IMG/VR virus record: IMGVR_UViG_3300001348_000001
Source: a virus
Length of the DNA stretch: 48,999 nucleotides
Direction: 5' to 3' (one strand)
In this document: positions 20,101-28,149 of the stretch, one piece after another
Layout of the letters: each line of letters opens with the position of its first letter
Position numbering within the stretch: the first letter of the stretch is position 1
Position numbers and translations under genes: made by a program
Notes under the pieces: generated by a model
Database searches by the model: none
Told to the model about the DNA's origin: nothing
The model's input: the letters and a program-made list of their open reading frames with translations, nothing else

Positions 20101-20966
20101 GATTTTTAGGTGAAAAAGTTCCTTTTTATGGGGCTTTAAATACCGTAAGCCCAGAGCTTAAGAAAGACTATGCAGCCAAGCTAAAAGAAATGGACAAGTC
20201 TTTTAAAAAAGCAGTCGTGCCAGAAAGACAGGAAGAGCCTTATAGGTATTTTTCTAAGGGCGGTGAAGTTCTAAACGTGCCTAATGCTCCTAAAGAGCCT
20301 GACCAGCGTATAGATAAAATGACGGGTAGGCCCTATGACCAGCAAGCGGGTGCAGCCTTTACTGATCAAGAAGATCGTCAAGACCCACTACAGCGCATGG
20401 GTTTTGGGGCTGGCGGTAAAGTGCTTAGACAGGCAACTGAAGCTATATATGATATGCTAAGTAAAGACTTACCGTACATAATTAAAACCCATAGCAACAG
20501 AAATGTTTCAGATGATGAGGCTAAAGAAGCAGCAGAAGAAATCTATTCTAACTTTAGGGGAGATCCTGATATGCCTTCTGAGCTAGATGATCTAGACTTT
20601 GAAGACTTTATTAAGCTAGAAACTAGAGCCTTGCTAGAAGAAAAGCATGACCTAGAAGATCCTATAGTGGCTGCTCAGTTCAGTAAAGACTTTCCCGGTT
20701 TAAAACCTGCTGGAGAAGATTTTAGCAGAGCGCGTGATTATACAGAAGAAGCTATAGTTAATTTTAAAATGTCTGGTAAACAAGCAGATCTTTTAAGAGA
20801 GTTAGGATTAGAAAGCGACCCTCAAGATGTAACATTTTTATTACAAAAAATATTAGATGAAAGGAAATTAACTCAAAAAGTACCGACCAGCAAGAGTGTA
20901 AGAGCACCTAAGAAAAGAGGTGGTAAAGTTGTAAACTCTTTAAGGAGCAAGTTAAATAATGTATAA
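17139..20966 (+). CDS. Large internal virion/ejection protein (1275 aa; T7 gp16-position analogue)
   Basis: Largest gene of the block. The C-terminal region carries GG(K/E)V motifs. No lytic transglycosylase motif recognised. Confidence 0.5.
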   Translation: MLYDENEELSTFKRVEPTYSEKYVASDNNKLSVTQFQNDPEVQKQGQVYLEWVAQNQALTPGSIGGYEDLTETLRDEDYRLGDIIGRAAVSKDMPENVKKAYSFLRDTWDTKTESKGFREHMESVADIGTDIIADPLNLLSLIFTGGSGTVASNVVAKEGVKATLKRLAVSDSTSDTLIRGAISGATWTGVDDFARQNVEVDANMRDEVSYGQTAGVTALGAGLGAGMGALFVKARGSKDLTEAIDENNIAQARKEYADVDTDAVIDADVETIVSNAEARGVSTNVKDDSSVVLEGDFNVIDDEIVTVSSKAGGGTKTSEELQDTVDEIVSEGGPSSVIKNKILFEIKRMGNTLASKVAFKPASLLDSYTKYSPAAAQLQKKFRYDLGRNIWGDRKYDAQDFNEVYKETAGGYYVDIKTAMEPIQKNVRGDLSKEVNLDLIRALRGAESKDVNVNSIAATLRESVLDKLGVELSARGFIDTPVDKYFPRSWDRKALENKPEEFVAKLKKAGEVETDEEGFAVIKEMLDKKNQLDNGSGAGSRFFSKRVFKNIDDNDFEEFLNNDVNTVLIDYAFQASKQLAKKKVFGVKNQTEFENRWLNPIVKEMDQAGKTLSSGDRKNILKLYQTATGEGVSRFESEAVNNTVDIYSTANRLAYLPLATVSSLTEIFINVQKAGLLKTIKGFTSASNTARKTIQTDLLDKLTKQQGLTEPEAWKELNQFAMALDPATGDVAERLAGDALTSGTTRKINNGFFRFTMLDQWTKLVQLTSFTVGKDLITDNLQKIAARGSLKDSRRIKNMRGELNELGVDIDKGLAWIQGGSKQDDPFYKEVMRGASRYTNEVILTPTGESGMKPLWMSSPKTSILFQFMGYPAAFTNTILKNAATAMIKDPVGNVPKTLAAGLIMTEMARWTNYSRSYGKSEENKTEEEIYVEAIKRWGGNGLTADMLSRGRKAAEIYQDPVAYATGFGGPIVQDVYKLGKRGDVVRFLGEKVPFYGALNTVSPELKKDYAAKLKEMDKSFKKAVVPERQEEPYRYFSKGGEVLNVPNAPKEPDQRIDKMTGRPYDQQAGAAFTDQEDRQDPLQRMGFGAGGKVLRQATEAIYDMLSKDLPYIIKTHSNRNVSDDEAKEAAEEIYSNFRGDPDMPSELDDLDFEDFIKLETRALLEEKHDLEDPIVAAQFSKDFPGLKPAGEDFSRARDYTEEAIVNFKMSGKQADLLRELGLESDPQDVTFLLQKILDERKLTQKVPTSKSVRAPKKRGGKVVNSLRSKLNNV

Positions 20967-21327
20967 ATATTTTAGCATGGATGAGCTTAAATGTCAACAC
21001 TGTGGTGAGCAAGGCATGGATGAAGAGTTTATGACCAAGGTAGAAGCCTTGCGACATGAACTAAAGTTTCCTTTTACTGTTACATCTGCTTACCGCTGCA
21101 AAGACCACATCATAGAGCGCAAGAAAAAAACACCCGGAGCACATGCTTCTGGACATGCTATAGATATTGCTGTTACTGGCAACCAAGCCCACAGGCTCTT
21201 AGAAGCTGCACTAAGTATGGGCATGACAGGTATAGGCGTTAATCAGAAAGGCGCTAATAGATTTATCCACCTTGACGATCTTGAGTGGGCTGAGAACCGC
21301 CCTAGACCTTGGGTATGGAGTTACTAG
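20959..21327 (+). CDS. Zn-dependent peptidoglycan peptidase, Peptidase_M15 (M15A/PF08291-like) endolysin
   Basis: FSMDELKCQHCG, SAYRCKDH, HASGHAIDI and RFIHLDD match the H-x6-D ... H zinc-ligand pattern of this family. An 8-nt overlap couples it to the upstream gene. Confidence 0.8.
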   Translation: MYKYFSMDELKCQHCGEQGMDEEFMTKVEALRHELKFPFTVTSAYRCKDHIIERKKKTPGAHASGHAIDIAVTGNQAHRLLEAALSMGMTGIGVNQKGANRFIHLDDLEWAENRPRPWVWSY

Positions 21328-21717
21328 ATGACTGTCTTAAACGCTCTCATAGGGCCTGTGACGGGCTTGTTAGACAAGTTCATAGAGGACAAAGACCAGA
21401 AGAACGCCTTGGCGCATGAAATTGCAACAATGTCGCAGAAATACGCGCAAGAAATTGCTCAGGGTCAGATGGCTATCAATGAGGTCGAGGCGGCTCACAA
21501 GTCGCTGTTCGTGTCAGGCTGGCGACCGTTTATTGGCTGGACATGTGGCTTGGGCATGTTTGGTAACTTTATTACCATCCCGTTTAGTAACTTTGTTTTG
21601 GCTCTACTTGAGTTAGACATAGTTATACCTCTCGTACCCTTGGAAACTATGATGCCTGTGTTAATGGGTATGCTTGGGCTAGGTGCAATGAGAACCTTTG
21701 AAAAAACAAGAAAATAA
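21328..21717 (+). CDS. Holin, 3-TM GTA-type (PF11351-like)
   Basis: N-terminal soluble helix, then SGWRPFIGWTCGLGMFGNF and two further hydrophobic helices. Adjacent to the endolysin. Confidence 0.7.
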   Translation: MTVLNALIGPVTGLLDKFIEDKDQKNALAHEIATMSQKYAQEIAQGQMAINEVEAAHKSLFVSGWRPFIGWTCGLGMFGNFITIPFSNFVLALLELDIVIPLVPLETMMPVLMGMLGLGAMRTFEKTRK

Positions 21718-21726
21718 GTTACTTAA

Positions 21727-22446
21727 ATGCGTTGGTTATTACTTATACTTATGTTGCCTTTGCTATCCTTTGCAGCCGACGAGGCTATCATGGGAGACAC
21801 AACTGATAGCACAAATAATCAAGAAGGCAGTTTAAATACTAATACAGTAGGAAGCGTTGTTAGCAGTAACAATCAATCAGAAGATAAGTCTGTTAGCAAC
21901 ACGTACAACGGAGCAGGAAGCTCCTCAGATATGCCTGTAGGCTCTGCAATAGCACCTACATACATGTCTAATGGTATAGAAACCTGCTTGCAAGGACAAG
22001 GTTCTAGTCTTCAAACAGGTATTGTAGGCATTACAAGAGGTAATTACAAAGCTGATGAGGACTGTAACAGGCGTAGAGACTCTAAAGTTTTAAGTGATTT
22101 AGGTATGAAGGTCGCGGCTATTGCTAGAATGTGTGAAGACGTACATGTATGGCGCAGTATGTTTGTTTCTGGAACGCCTTGCCCTATTCTTTCTGGTAGT
22201 AAACTTGTAGTAGGTAAGAGAGCTTTCTTGCTTATGAAGCGTGAGCCAGAATTATATATACCAGACTACGGAAAAATTAAAATGCGGGTACATGCTACTT
22301 ATAGTAGTAAGCCTTCTTACCCTACATACACAGAAAACCAGAAATGGTATAACCAGATATTAAAAATAGGAGAAACTATTAATGATGAAGAGAGCACTGA
22401 TGACGTTATCTCTATATCTGTTAAGTTCCGCAGCTCACTCCAATGA
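21727..22446 (+). CDS. Secreted protein (239 aa) with Sec signal peptide, S/N-rich linker and a Cys-containing domain
   Basis: MRWLLLILMLPLLSFA/ADEA signal peptide without a lipobox Cys. Five Cys in the mature part. Confidence 0.6.
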   Translation: MRWLLLILMLPLLSFAADEAIMGDTTDSTNNQEGSLNTNTVGSVVSSNNQSEDKSVSNTYNGAGSSSDMPVGSAIAPTYMSNGIETCLQGQGSSLQTGIVGITRGNYKADEDCNRRRDSKVLSDLGMKVAAIARMCEDVHVWRSMFVSGTPCPILSGSKLVVGKRAFLLMKREPELYIPDYGKIKMRVHATYSSKPSYPTYTENQKWYNQILKIGETINDEESTDDVISISVKFRSSLQ

Positions 22447-23227
22447 GTTAGATCAGTTAATTAATGCAAGCTCTGCAATAGTTAGTCAAATTGATAAAGG
22501 TATTAAGATGGCAGGTGCTGGTTATGGCTATGCTAATCAAGGAGGTGCTTTATCTAATGGTCAACTAGCAGGTACTGCCCATATAAGTACAGAACAATTA
22601 AACGCATACAATTCTGCATTATCTAATATGTCAGGCTATGAAGCATACGGAAGCGTACAGGCTCTGTTAGAAACGCAAGCCGCTACAGAACTACAGCTAA
22701 TGGATAGTGCTATAGAAACTTTTACAGAAGTTGTCGTAGACATGATTGCTGTTGTAGAGGTAGCAGAGATAGCAGCAGAAGCAGAAACACCAGAAGATAA
22801 GGCAGAGGTACAAACCTATGTTTCTGAAAATGAAGCAGCTTTAGTTATTACTCAAGCAGAAGTAGAAACATATAATCAATCTTTAGATGATATTGAAGCG
22901 CATGGTAACAAGGCCAGTGCTTATTTAGGGGTAGCTGCTAACACAGAAGCAGTAGCTTTTTTACAAGAAGGTGCAGAAGAAAATAATAGCAATGCTGACT
23001 TTGCTACTTTAAGTTATGATTCAAATCAACAATGGGTTGCTATAAACTACCAAGGTACTGCTAACTCAAATTCAGTGTTTGTTAACGGACAAGACGCTTT
23101 TAATATGAACTTTTATCTTACTGAAACAGAAATACTAGCAGCAGGAGCAGAAAGCGAACTGTATTTAACAGGCCCTACAGCTTTAGGCTATCGTTGCTTT
23201 ATGTACAATGAGGATTGTGATCCATGA
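22382..23227 (+). CDS. Secreted helical A/E-rich protein (281 aa) with signal peptide
   Basis: AGGAGA RBS 8 nt upstream. MMKRALMTLSLYLLSSAAHS/NE signal peptide. C-terminal CFMYNEDC. Overlaps the upstream ORF by 65 nt. Confidence 0.6.
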   Translation: MMKRALMTLSLYLLSSAAHSNELDQLINASSAIVSQIDKGIKMAGAGYGYANQGGALSNGQLAGTAHISTEQLNAYNSALSNMSGYEAYGSVQALLETQAATELQLMDSAIETFTEVVVDMIAVVEVAEIAAEAETPEDKAEVQTYVSENEAALVITQAEVETYNQSLDDIEAHGNKASAYLGVAANTEAVAFLQEGAEENNSNADFATLSYDSNQQWVAINYQGTANSNSVFVNGQDAFNMNFYLTETEILAAGAESELYLTGPTALGYRCFMYNEDCDP

Positions 23228-23733
23228 GCCTAGCTGAAACAGAACTAACTATTGGTGGTACGTCTTTTAAAGGCGTGTACATCGCTATATTACTTAGCCT
23301 AGCTACAACACTAGGAGGCGGTGTATGGACTGCCAGCAGCTTGTACAGTCGTCTAGAGGCGGTAGAAGCCTTGCAGATACCAGAGCTTGCGCCATTAGAA
23401 GAGCAGCTTTTAAAAGTAAGGCAAGACTTAAAAACTAAAATTGAACTGATTGAGCAAGAGTTAACGGCTAATGATGTTAGTCAGCTTCAAGGAAAACTAG
23501 CTACACTTGGTGTTAACCTAGAAACTATTGCAACGCAACAATCCAAGCTACTTACAATTAACGACAAGGTAGTAGAGCTTGAAAAAGAAGTAGAGTCTAT
23601 GCGAGTCACTGTAACACAGGCTGAGTTAATAACAAAAGATTTACAAGACGTAGATTCTAAAATTAAAAAAATTGATACAGAAATAGAAGACCTTTGGTCA
23701 GGTATGGACTATCTTTCTAATCCTTTAAACTAA
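23224..23733 (+). CDS. Type II membrane protein with periplasmic coiled coil (169 aa), i-spanin-like
   Basis: N-terminal TM VYIAILLSLATTLGGGVWTA followed by heptad-rich sequence. ATGA coupling to the upstream gene. Confidence 0.5.
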   Translation: MSLAETELTIGGTSFKGVYIAILLSLATTLGGGVWTASSLYSRLEAVEALQIPELAPLEEQLLKVRQDLKTKIELIEQELTANDVSQLQGKLATLGVNLETIATQQSKLLTINDKVVELEKEVESMRVTVTQAELITKDLQDVDSKIKKIDTEIEDLWSGMDYLSNPLN

Positions 23734-23745
23734 ACGGAGTTTGCA

Positions 23746-23913
23746 ATGTCAACAGTTAATAAAGCAGGTAACTATACTAAGCCTACCATGCGTAAGAATC
23801 TTTTTAATAAAATTAAAGATGGGACTAAGGGCGGCAAAGCCGGTCAGTGGTCAGCACGTAAGGCTCAGATGTTAGCTAAACAATACAAAGCTGCCGGTGG
23901 AGGGTATAAGTAA
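23746..23913 (+). CDS. Small Lys-rich protein (55 aa; GGKAGQWSARKAQMLAKQYKAAGGGYK)
   Basis: Hand-translated, GGAG RBS 7 nt upstream, TAATG junction with the next ORF. The motif resembles a small family seen in phages and giant viruses (memory only). Confidence 0.6.
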   Translation: MSTVNKAGNYTKPTMRKNLFNKIKDGTKGGKAGQWSARKAQMLAKQYKAAGGGYK

Positions 23914-24158
23914 TGGCTATTAGGAAACCACAGAAGTCTTTAAAAGCTTGGACAAAGCAAGACTGGGGTACAAAGTCTGGTAAAAAGTCTAGCGAAACAG
24001 GTGAGCGATATTTACCTAAAAAAGCTAGAGAGTCTCTAAGCTCTGCTGAGTACGCTCAGACAAGCGCAAAGAAGCGTAAGGATACTAAGGCAGGTAAGCA
24101 GCACAGTGCACAGCCTAAGAAGATTGCAAAGAAAACTAAAAAGCATAGAAAGGTATGA
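23913..24158 (+). CDS. Small Lys-rich protein (81 aa; KAWTKQDWGTKSGKK...RYLPKKA)
   Basis: ORF coupled to the upstream gene. About 30 percent K/R. Confidence 0.6.
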   Translation: MAIRKPQKSLKAWTKQDWGTKSGKKSSETGERYLPKKARESLSSAEYAQTSAKKRKDTKAGKQHSAQPKKIAKKTKKHRKV

Positions 24159-24230
24159 TACGTTTTATTGGTGTAACATTTTTATTATTTATACTGTCTT
24201 GGATGACTAAGAAAGAAGAGGAGATTCTAA

Positions 24231-24521
24231 ATGGCAAAAGGTAAAGATCCTAGACTAGAACGCGCAGGAGTCAGCGGTTTTAATAAGCCTAAAAGAACTC
24301 CTAAGCATCCTAAAAAATCTCATGTTGTTGTAGCTAAAGAAGGCGACAAAATAAAAACAATCCGTTTTGGTGAGCAGGGAGCCAGCACAGCCGGTAAACC
24401 TAAAGCAGGTGAATCTGATCGTATGAAAGCAAAACGTAAATCATTCAAAGCTAGGCACAGTAAAAACATAGCTAAGGGAAAAATGTCTGCGGCTTACTGG
24501 GCTAATAAAGAAAAATGGTAA
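24231..24521 (+). CDS. Small Lys-rich protein (96 aa; KIKTIRFGEQG...RKSFKARHSKNI...AAYWANKEKW)
   Basis: GAGGAG RBS, strongly basic. Confidence 0.6.
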   Translation: MAKGKDPRLERAGVSGFNKPKRTPKHPKKSHVVVAKEGDKIKTIRFGEQGASTAGKPKAGESDRMKAKRKSFKARHSKNIAKGKMSAAYWANKEKW

Positions 24522-24775
24522 AAATATATAAAGTTACGTGGTTTGATGCAGCAGGCGGTGGCAACATAGGCTGGAGAGCTTTGGAGGATTTAGTAAAAAC
24601 TAAACCTGCTCGCGTTGTTTCCTGTGGTATCAAGCTGCATGAAGATGACATATCTTTAATTATCTGTCCTCATTTTATCTTAGATGAGAGCGGTCAAGTA
24701 GAGCAAGGAGATGCTGAGATTGTTATACCTAAGCAGTGGCTCCTAGACTGTCAACTTCTTACCAGTTATAGTTAA
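24515..24775 (+). CDS. Hypothetical protein (86 aa), last gene of the rightward arm
   Basis: ORF with a 7-nt overlap to the upstream gene. Confidence 0.5.
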   Translation: MVKIYKVTWFDAAGGGNIGWRALEDLVKTKPARVVSCGIKLHEDDISLIICPHFILDESGQVEQGDAEIVIPKQWLLDCQLLTSYS

Positions 24776-24985
24776 TTATCTAACCACCTTTACATCTAGG
24801 CGTTCTGCCTGTACTGCTTTTTGAGAAACCTCTAACACAAAGGATGAGTGCTGATGTAGAAGGGTTGTAATTACTTCAATGTTTTCTTCAGCCAGCTCAA
24901 CGCTGGCTAAGGCTGCAATAATTTCTGAGTTTATTCGCAAGGTCATTCCCAACCTTGTTTCTGGTGTAAAAAATAATTCTTCCAT
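24776..24985 (-). CDS. Hypothetical protein (69 aa), last gene of the leftward arm
   Basis: ORF. Its stop codon abuts the stop of the convergent plus-strand gene. Confidence 0.45.
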   Translation of the reverse strand: MEELFFTPETRLGMTLRINSEIIAALASVELAEENIEVITTLLHQHSSFVLEVSQKAVQAERLDVKVVR

Positions 24986-24986
24986 G

Positions 24987-25196
24987 TTATAGCGCCTGTA
25001 ATTGTTTTTCTAAATGCTCATGTAAAGGATCTAACTTAACGTGTGCCTCTCTTAATATATTACGAATATAACTTTGAGTATATATATCCGAAAATACGTT
25101 TGTAATTTCAGAGTCGGGAAAAAAACTAAGCTCTGTACTTAGCCTTCCCCGCTCATCAATTATAACCTTGAAGGAAATTAAGTTACCTTCCTTCAT
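24987..25196 (-). CDS. Hypothetical protein (69 aa)
   Basis: ORF with a 4-nt overlap to the RNR gene stop. Confidence 0.5.
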   Translation of the reverse strand: MKEGNLISFKVIIDERGRLSTELSFFPDSEITNVFSDIYTQSYIRNILREAHVKLDPLHEHLEKQLQAL

Positions 25197-27076
25197 ATCT
25201 CACATACTCCTGCAACACAAGCAAGTGTCTGAGTGCCTTCAGTGTTGTCATCTGCTTCTTCAATGTCCCACTCCATGTCTTTGGGCATTTCTTTTAAAAG
25301 CTTTTGATATGTATCCTTATCTATCTTCTGGTACGGAGCTTGTTTATATACGTGCTCTGCTTCAGGAAGAAAGCTAATGCCGCTGACGCTATCAAAGTTT
25401 TCCCAGATCCACTGACACACAGAGTAGAAGTTATCGTCGTTATAGTAACAAGTCATAGAAGGTTTATGCTCGCACCAATAATCTTGGTAAGTCTTCCAGA
25501 GCCTAAGCTGCTCCATAGCTCCCATGCTTTCTACTGTTATCGCTTTGTTAGGGGCCTTCTGAGGAAAGCTGAATACCCAGTTAGAGTTATTCATTACATC
25601 TTCTTCGTGAGGAAAACCCTTGTCAATCATTGCTGTAGCCAGAGGATCTTTCTTATCAGCTCGTACAGTCCTAATGTAGTAATCACTAAACCTTGGATGA
25701 ATACCGCTGGCGCTGTCAGTCAACTGAGATACAGTCCCTGAAGGCTTAACACAAGTAATAGCAACTGATGGATTAACTCCTAGCTTATTTGCCCAATCCT
25801 TGTTGGTAAGTATTGCAACGTCTCTAAGAGTTTCTAAGAGCCGCCCTAAAGCCTCTTCACCTGTTGACCCATTAGTTAGCTTGCAGTCCATGATGCCCGT
25901 CATAGACACCCCTAGAAGAGCCTCTTCCTCTGTGTTCTTTTTCCAGATGTTACGTAGGTAACGGAAGTCAGTCATGGTGGATTGAAGAGTTCCTAAGATT
26001 GTAGCAACCCGCACCTTTTCTACAAGGGTATCTTCTGTATCATCTGCTCTAACAATAACTTCTGATAGATTACAGAACTGATAAGGGCGTAGGATAATCT
26101 CAGAGCATGGATTAGTACCAAACTTATATGTAGCGTCACGCCTTTCGTTACGCGCTGCTACTTTCTGAGCTGCAATACGGCTGAAGATACCACGTTCACC
26201 AGACTTAGAATCATACAGACGCTTCATTTCAGAGGAGTAAGTATCAAAGTCAGGCTTCTCAGAGTACACAGCACTGTTGTTAGCCAATGCACGTTGACCG
26301 TTACCCAAGTACCACTCACCGTTCTTAGCGTTAGCCATGCGGTTATCAGTTACGTTACTCAGTGAAATCAGAGCAGAGCGTCTTACGCCACCTACAACAA
26401 CGATGTCAGCAATCTTACACACTAAGTCATGACACTCTAGTGACGTTAGCTTGCGACCTGTAGCAACTTTAAACAGATCAACAGTAAAATTAAACAAGTC
26501 AGCCAAAGGCTGTGGGCCGCTGGCTCTGCCGCCAAAGGTCTTCAGTCTAGCTCCAGCAGGACGTACCCTAGTCAAGTCACACTTAGGAATCTTACCGGCG
26601 TACAAGAGGCTGATAAGCTCTCTGAAGGCACTTGCCCAGCCTACCTTGCTGTCAGAAACCACAACCGTGGAGTCAGTCTCATGGAAGCTGTCGGCTACTT
26701 CTGGTAATTTGTTTACGTAATCTCGCTCAACACTAAATCCTACTCCTGTACCACACAACAAGATATACATAAGCTCGTCAAAAGAGCGAGGGCTGTCGAT
26801 AGGAAGATAAGAGCAGTTAAAGCCTGCAACATTGTCACGGTGTAAGGCTGGCCCTGCTGTCATCATACAGCGCATAGAGGGCATTACTTCTTGATCAGCG
26901 ATAGCATTGAAAAGCTCTTCGGCTTCTGAAGCACCTAGTTGATTACGCTCTACAAAGAAAGAAAGATAACGGTTGACTGTCTCAGCCCACGTTTCTCTGC
27001 GTCCTTCCTCATCTAAGTAACGTGCGTATCTACTCTTGTGTATGTATTGTTGATATTGATCCATTTCTTTTTTCAA
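25193..27076 (-). CDS. nrdJ: Ribonucleotide reductase, class II (B12-dependent, NrdJ-like), 623-627 aa
   Basis: Active-site block GTNPCSEI. C-terminal redox pair CVAGVCEI. Single-chain size. The track start at 27076 is TTG only 1 nt after GAGGAG, so the ATG at 27064 is an equally plausible start. Confidence 0.8.
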   Translation of the reverse strand: MKKEMDQYQQYIHKSRYARYLDEEGRRETWAETVNRYLSFFVERNQLGASEAEELFNAIADQEVMPSMRCMMTAGPALHRDNVAGFNCSYLPIDSPRSFDELMYILLCGTGVGFSVERDYVNKLPEVADSFHETDSTVVVSDSKVGWASAFRELISLLYAGKIPKCDLTRVRPAGARLKTFGGRASGPQPLADLFNFTVDLFKVATGRKLTSLECHDLVCKIADIVVVGGVRRSALISLSNVTDNRMANAKNGEWYLGNGQRALANNSAVYSEKPDFDTYSSEMKRLYDSKSGERGIFSRIAAQKVAARNERRDATYKFGTNPCSEIILRPYQFCNLSEVIVRADDTEDTLVEKVRVATILGTLQSTMTDFRYLRNIWKKNTEEEALLGVSMTGIMDCKLTNGSTGEEALGRLLETLRDVAILTNKDWANKLGVNPSVAITCVKPSGTVSQLTDSASGIHPRFSDYYIRTVRADKKDPLATAMIDKGFPHEEDVMNNSNWVFSFPQKAPNKAITVESMGAMEQLRLWKTYQDYWCEHKPSMTCYYNDDNFYSVCQWIWENFDSVSGISFLPEAEHVYKQAPYQKIDKDTYQKLLKEMPKDMEWDIEEADDNTEGTQTLACVAGVCEI

Positions 27077-27209
27077 ACTCCTCTTTTAAAAACGTGTTAT
27101 ATAGCTTTGTATATTCTAGGTATCTCATTTGCTTGGTGTCTGACTTATGTTCATCACAGTATTCAGCGTACATCATACCACTAAAAATTTCAAACTCTTT
27201 CTTTTGCAT
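27030..27209 (-). CDS. Hypothetical small protein (59 aa, MQKKEFEIFSGMMYAEYCDEHKSD...)
   Basis: Hand-translated base by base. AAGAGGA RBS 8 nt upstream. Overlaps the RNR start by about 35-47 nt. Confidence 0.4.
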   Translation of the reverse strand: MQKKEFEIFSGMMYAEYCDEHKSDTKQMRYLEYTKLYNTFLKEEFEKRNGSISTIHTQE

Positions 27210-27357
27210 CTTGTATATCCTCTTTAGCTTCTTGCTGATTAAGCTCGTCAGTTCTTAAACTTTTAAAGTTTTTCTGAGACTTTGTAGCCTTGCCCTTGTA
27301 TTTTTTATTATACCTGTCGCGGCGTTCAGATTTTCTGTCTAGGTAATTTTTATCCAT
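27190..27357 (-). CDS. Hypothetical small basic protein (55 aa, MDKNYLDRKSERRDRYNKKYKGKATKSQ...)
   Basis: Hand-translated. Its ATG overlaps the stop region of the upstream gene. Confidence 0.4.
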   Translation of the reverse strand: MDKNYLDRKSERRDRYNKKYKGKATKSQKNFKSLRTDELNQQEAKEDIQDAKERV

Positions 27358-27658
27358 CACTCCCTAAAACCTCTAGCAATTTATTTTCGTACCAGTCTGC
27401 TTTTTTTAAATCTTCTATTCCGTTTTTGTACGGAAATCTCCAGCGGTACTTCAGACTGTTCCCGCGTAAGTAGCCTATAAATTCTTCTTTTGTCAGCATT
27501 GCTTGAATTCCGTCTATACATTCTATACCACCCTTATTGTAATGAGCAGGGTTATTAACTAAATCTTCTCTTTTTTCTTGTTGCAGCCACCTAGTATTGT
27601 TCCACTCTTCTGGCTTGACATCGTCTACACTTATTTTTTTCTTAGTGCTTTGTTTCAT
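27350..27658 (-). CDS. DUF3310-like protein (102 aa)
   Basis: NPAHYNKGGIECIDGIQAM ... GNSLKYRWRFPYKNG matches the pattern I recall for DUF3310 (PF11753). Confidence 0.65.
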   Translation of the reverse strand: MKQSTKKKISVDDVKPEEWNNTRWLQQEKREDLVNNPAHYNKGGIECIDGIQAMLTKEEFIGYLRGNSLKYRWRFPYKNGIEDLKKADWYENKLLEVLGSDG

Positions 27659-28149
27659 TCCAACTCCTCCGGGTAGTCTGGGTTTTCAGTTATGACACAA
27701 GAGCTGTCAATCCATTTTTTAGGGATGCTATAGACACTGTACCATCTAAATCCATTGGCTTCTGCCCACTCTGCATGAGATCTTTTAGTGCCATCCTTTC
27801 TTCTCTTAGCTTGCGGCATAGGTGCTGAAGGATCTGCAAATAAAAAGACCAGCTCTATATTCTTAGGCAGGGCCTTCTTAACCCATACATATTTGTTGTG
27901 CTCTGCATGATCCCAGAAACGACCCTTAGCTTCTAAGAAGATTGTATTCTTACCAATCTTTTTTATGAAGTCAGGGTGATAGGTATGTTTAATAATGTAG
28001 TCAACTGTATCAGAGTGTATGTCCCATTCTTTTAAGATACCAGTATGTAGTTCGTACTCCCAGTTAGAGTCATATCCTTTAATGACACCTTTCTCGGCAG
28101 GTCTAACAACTCTACGCTTACGTGCTCCTGATTTTATTTTCCCGACCAC
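27655..28149 (-). CDS. T7 endonuclease I-like Holliday junction resolvase (164 aa)
   Basis: YHPDFIKK ... IFLEAKGRFW aligns with T7 gp3 YTPDFLLPNGIFVETKGLW. Similar length. Confidence 0.75.
   Translation of the reverse strand: MVGKIKSGARKRRVVRPAEKGVIKGYDSNWEYELHTGILKEWDIHSDTVDYIIKHTYHPDFIKKIGKNTIFLEAKGRFWDHAEHNKYVWVKKALPKNIELVFLFADPSAPMPQAKRRKDGTKRSHAEWAEANGFRWYSVYSIPKKWIDSSCVITENPDYPEELE

Noticed and set aside
24155-24244. 29-aa hydrophobic micro-ORF (MIRFIGVTFLLFILSWMTKKEEEILNGKR) in the gap before 24231
   Set aside because: It is very short and overlaps the RBS and start of the next gene. It cannot be distinguished from chance without expression data.
25304-25741. 145-aa plus-strand ORF antisense to the ribonucleotide reductase gene (also 25168-25377 and 26451-26720)
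   Set aside because: The minus-strand frame carries unmistakable RNR motifs. The antisense ORFs have no RBS and no recognisable features.
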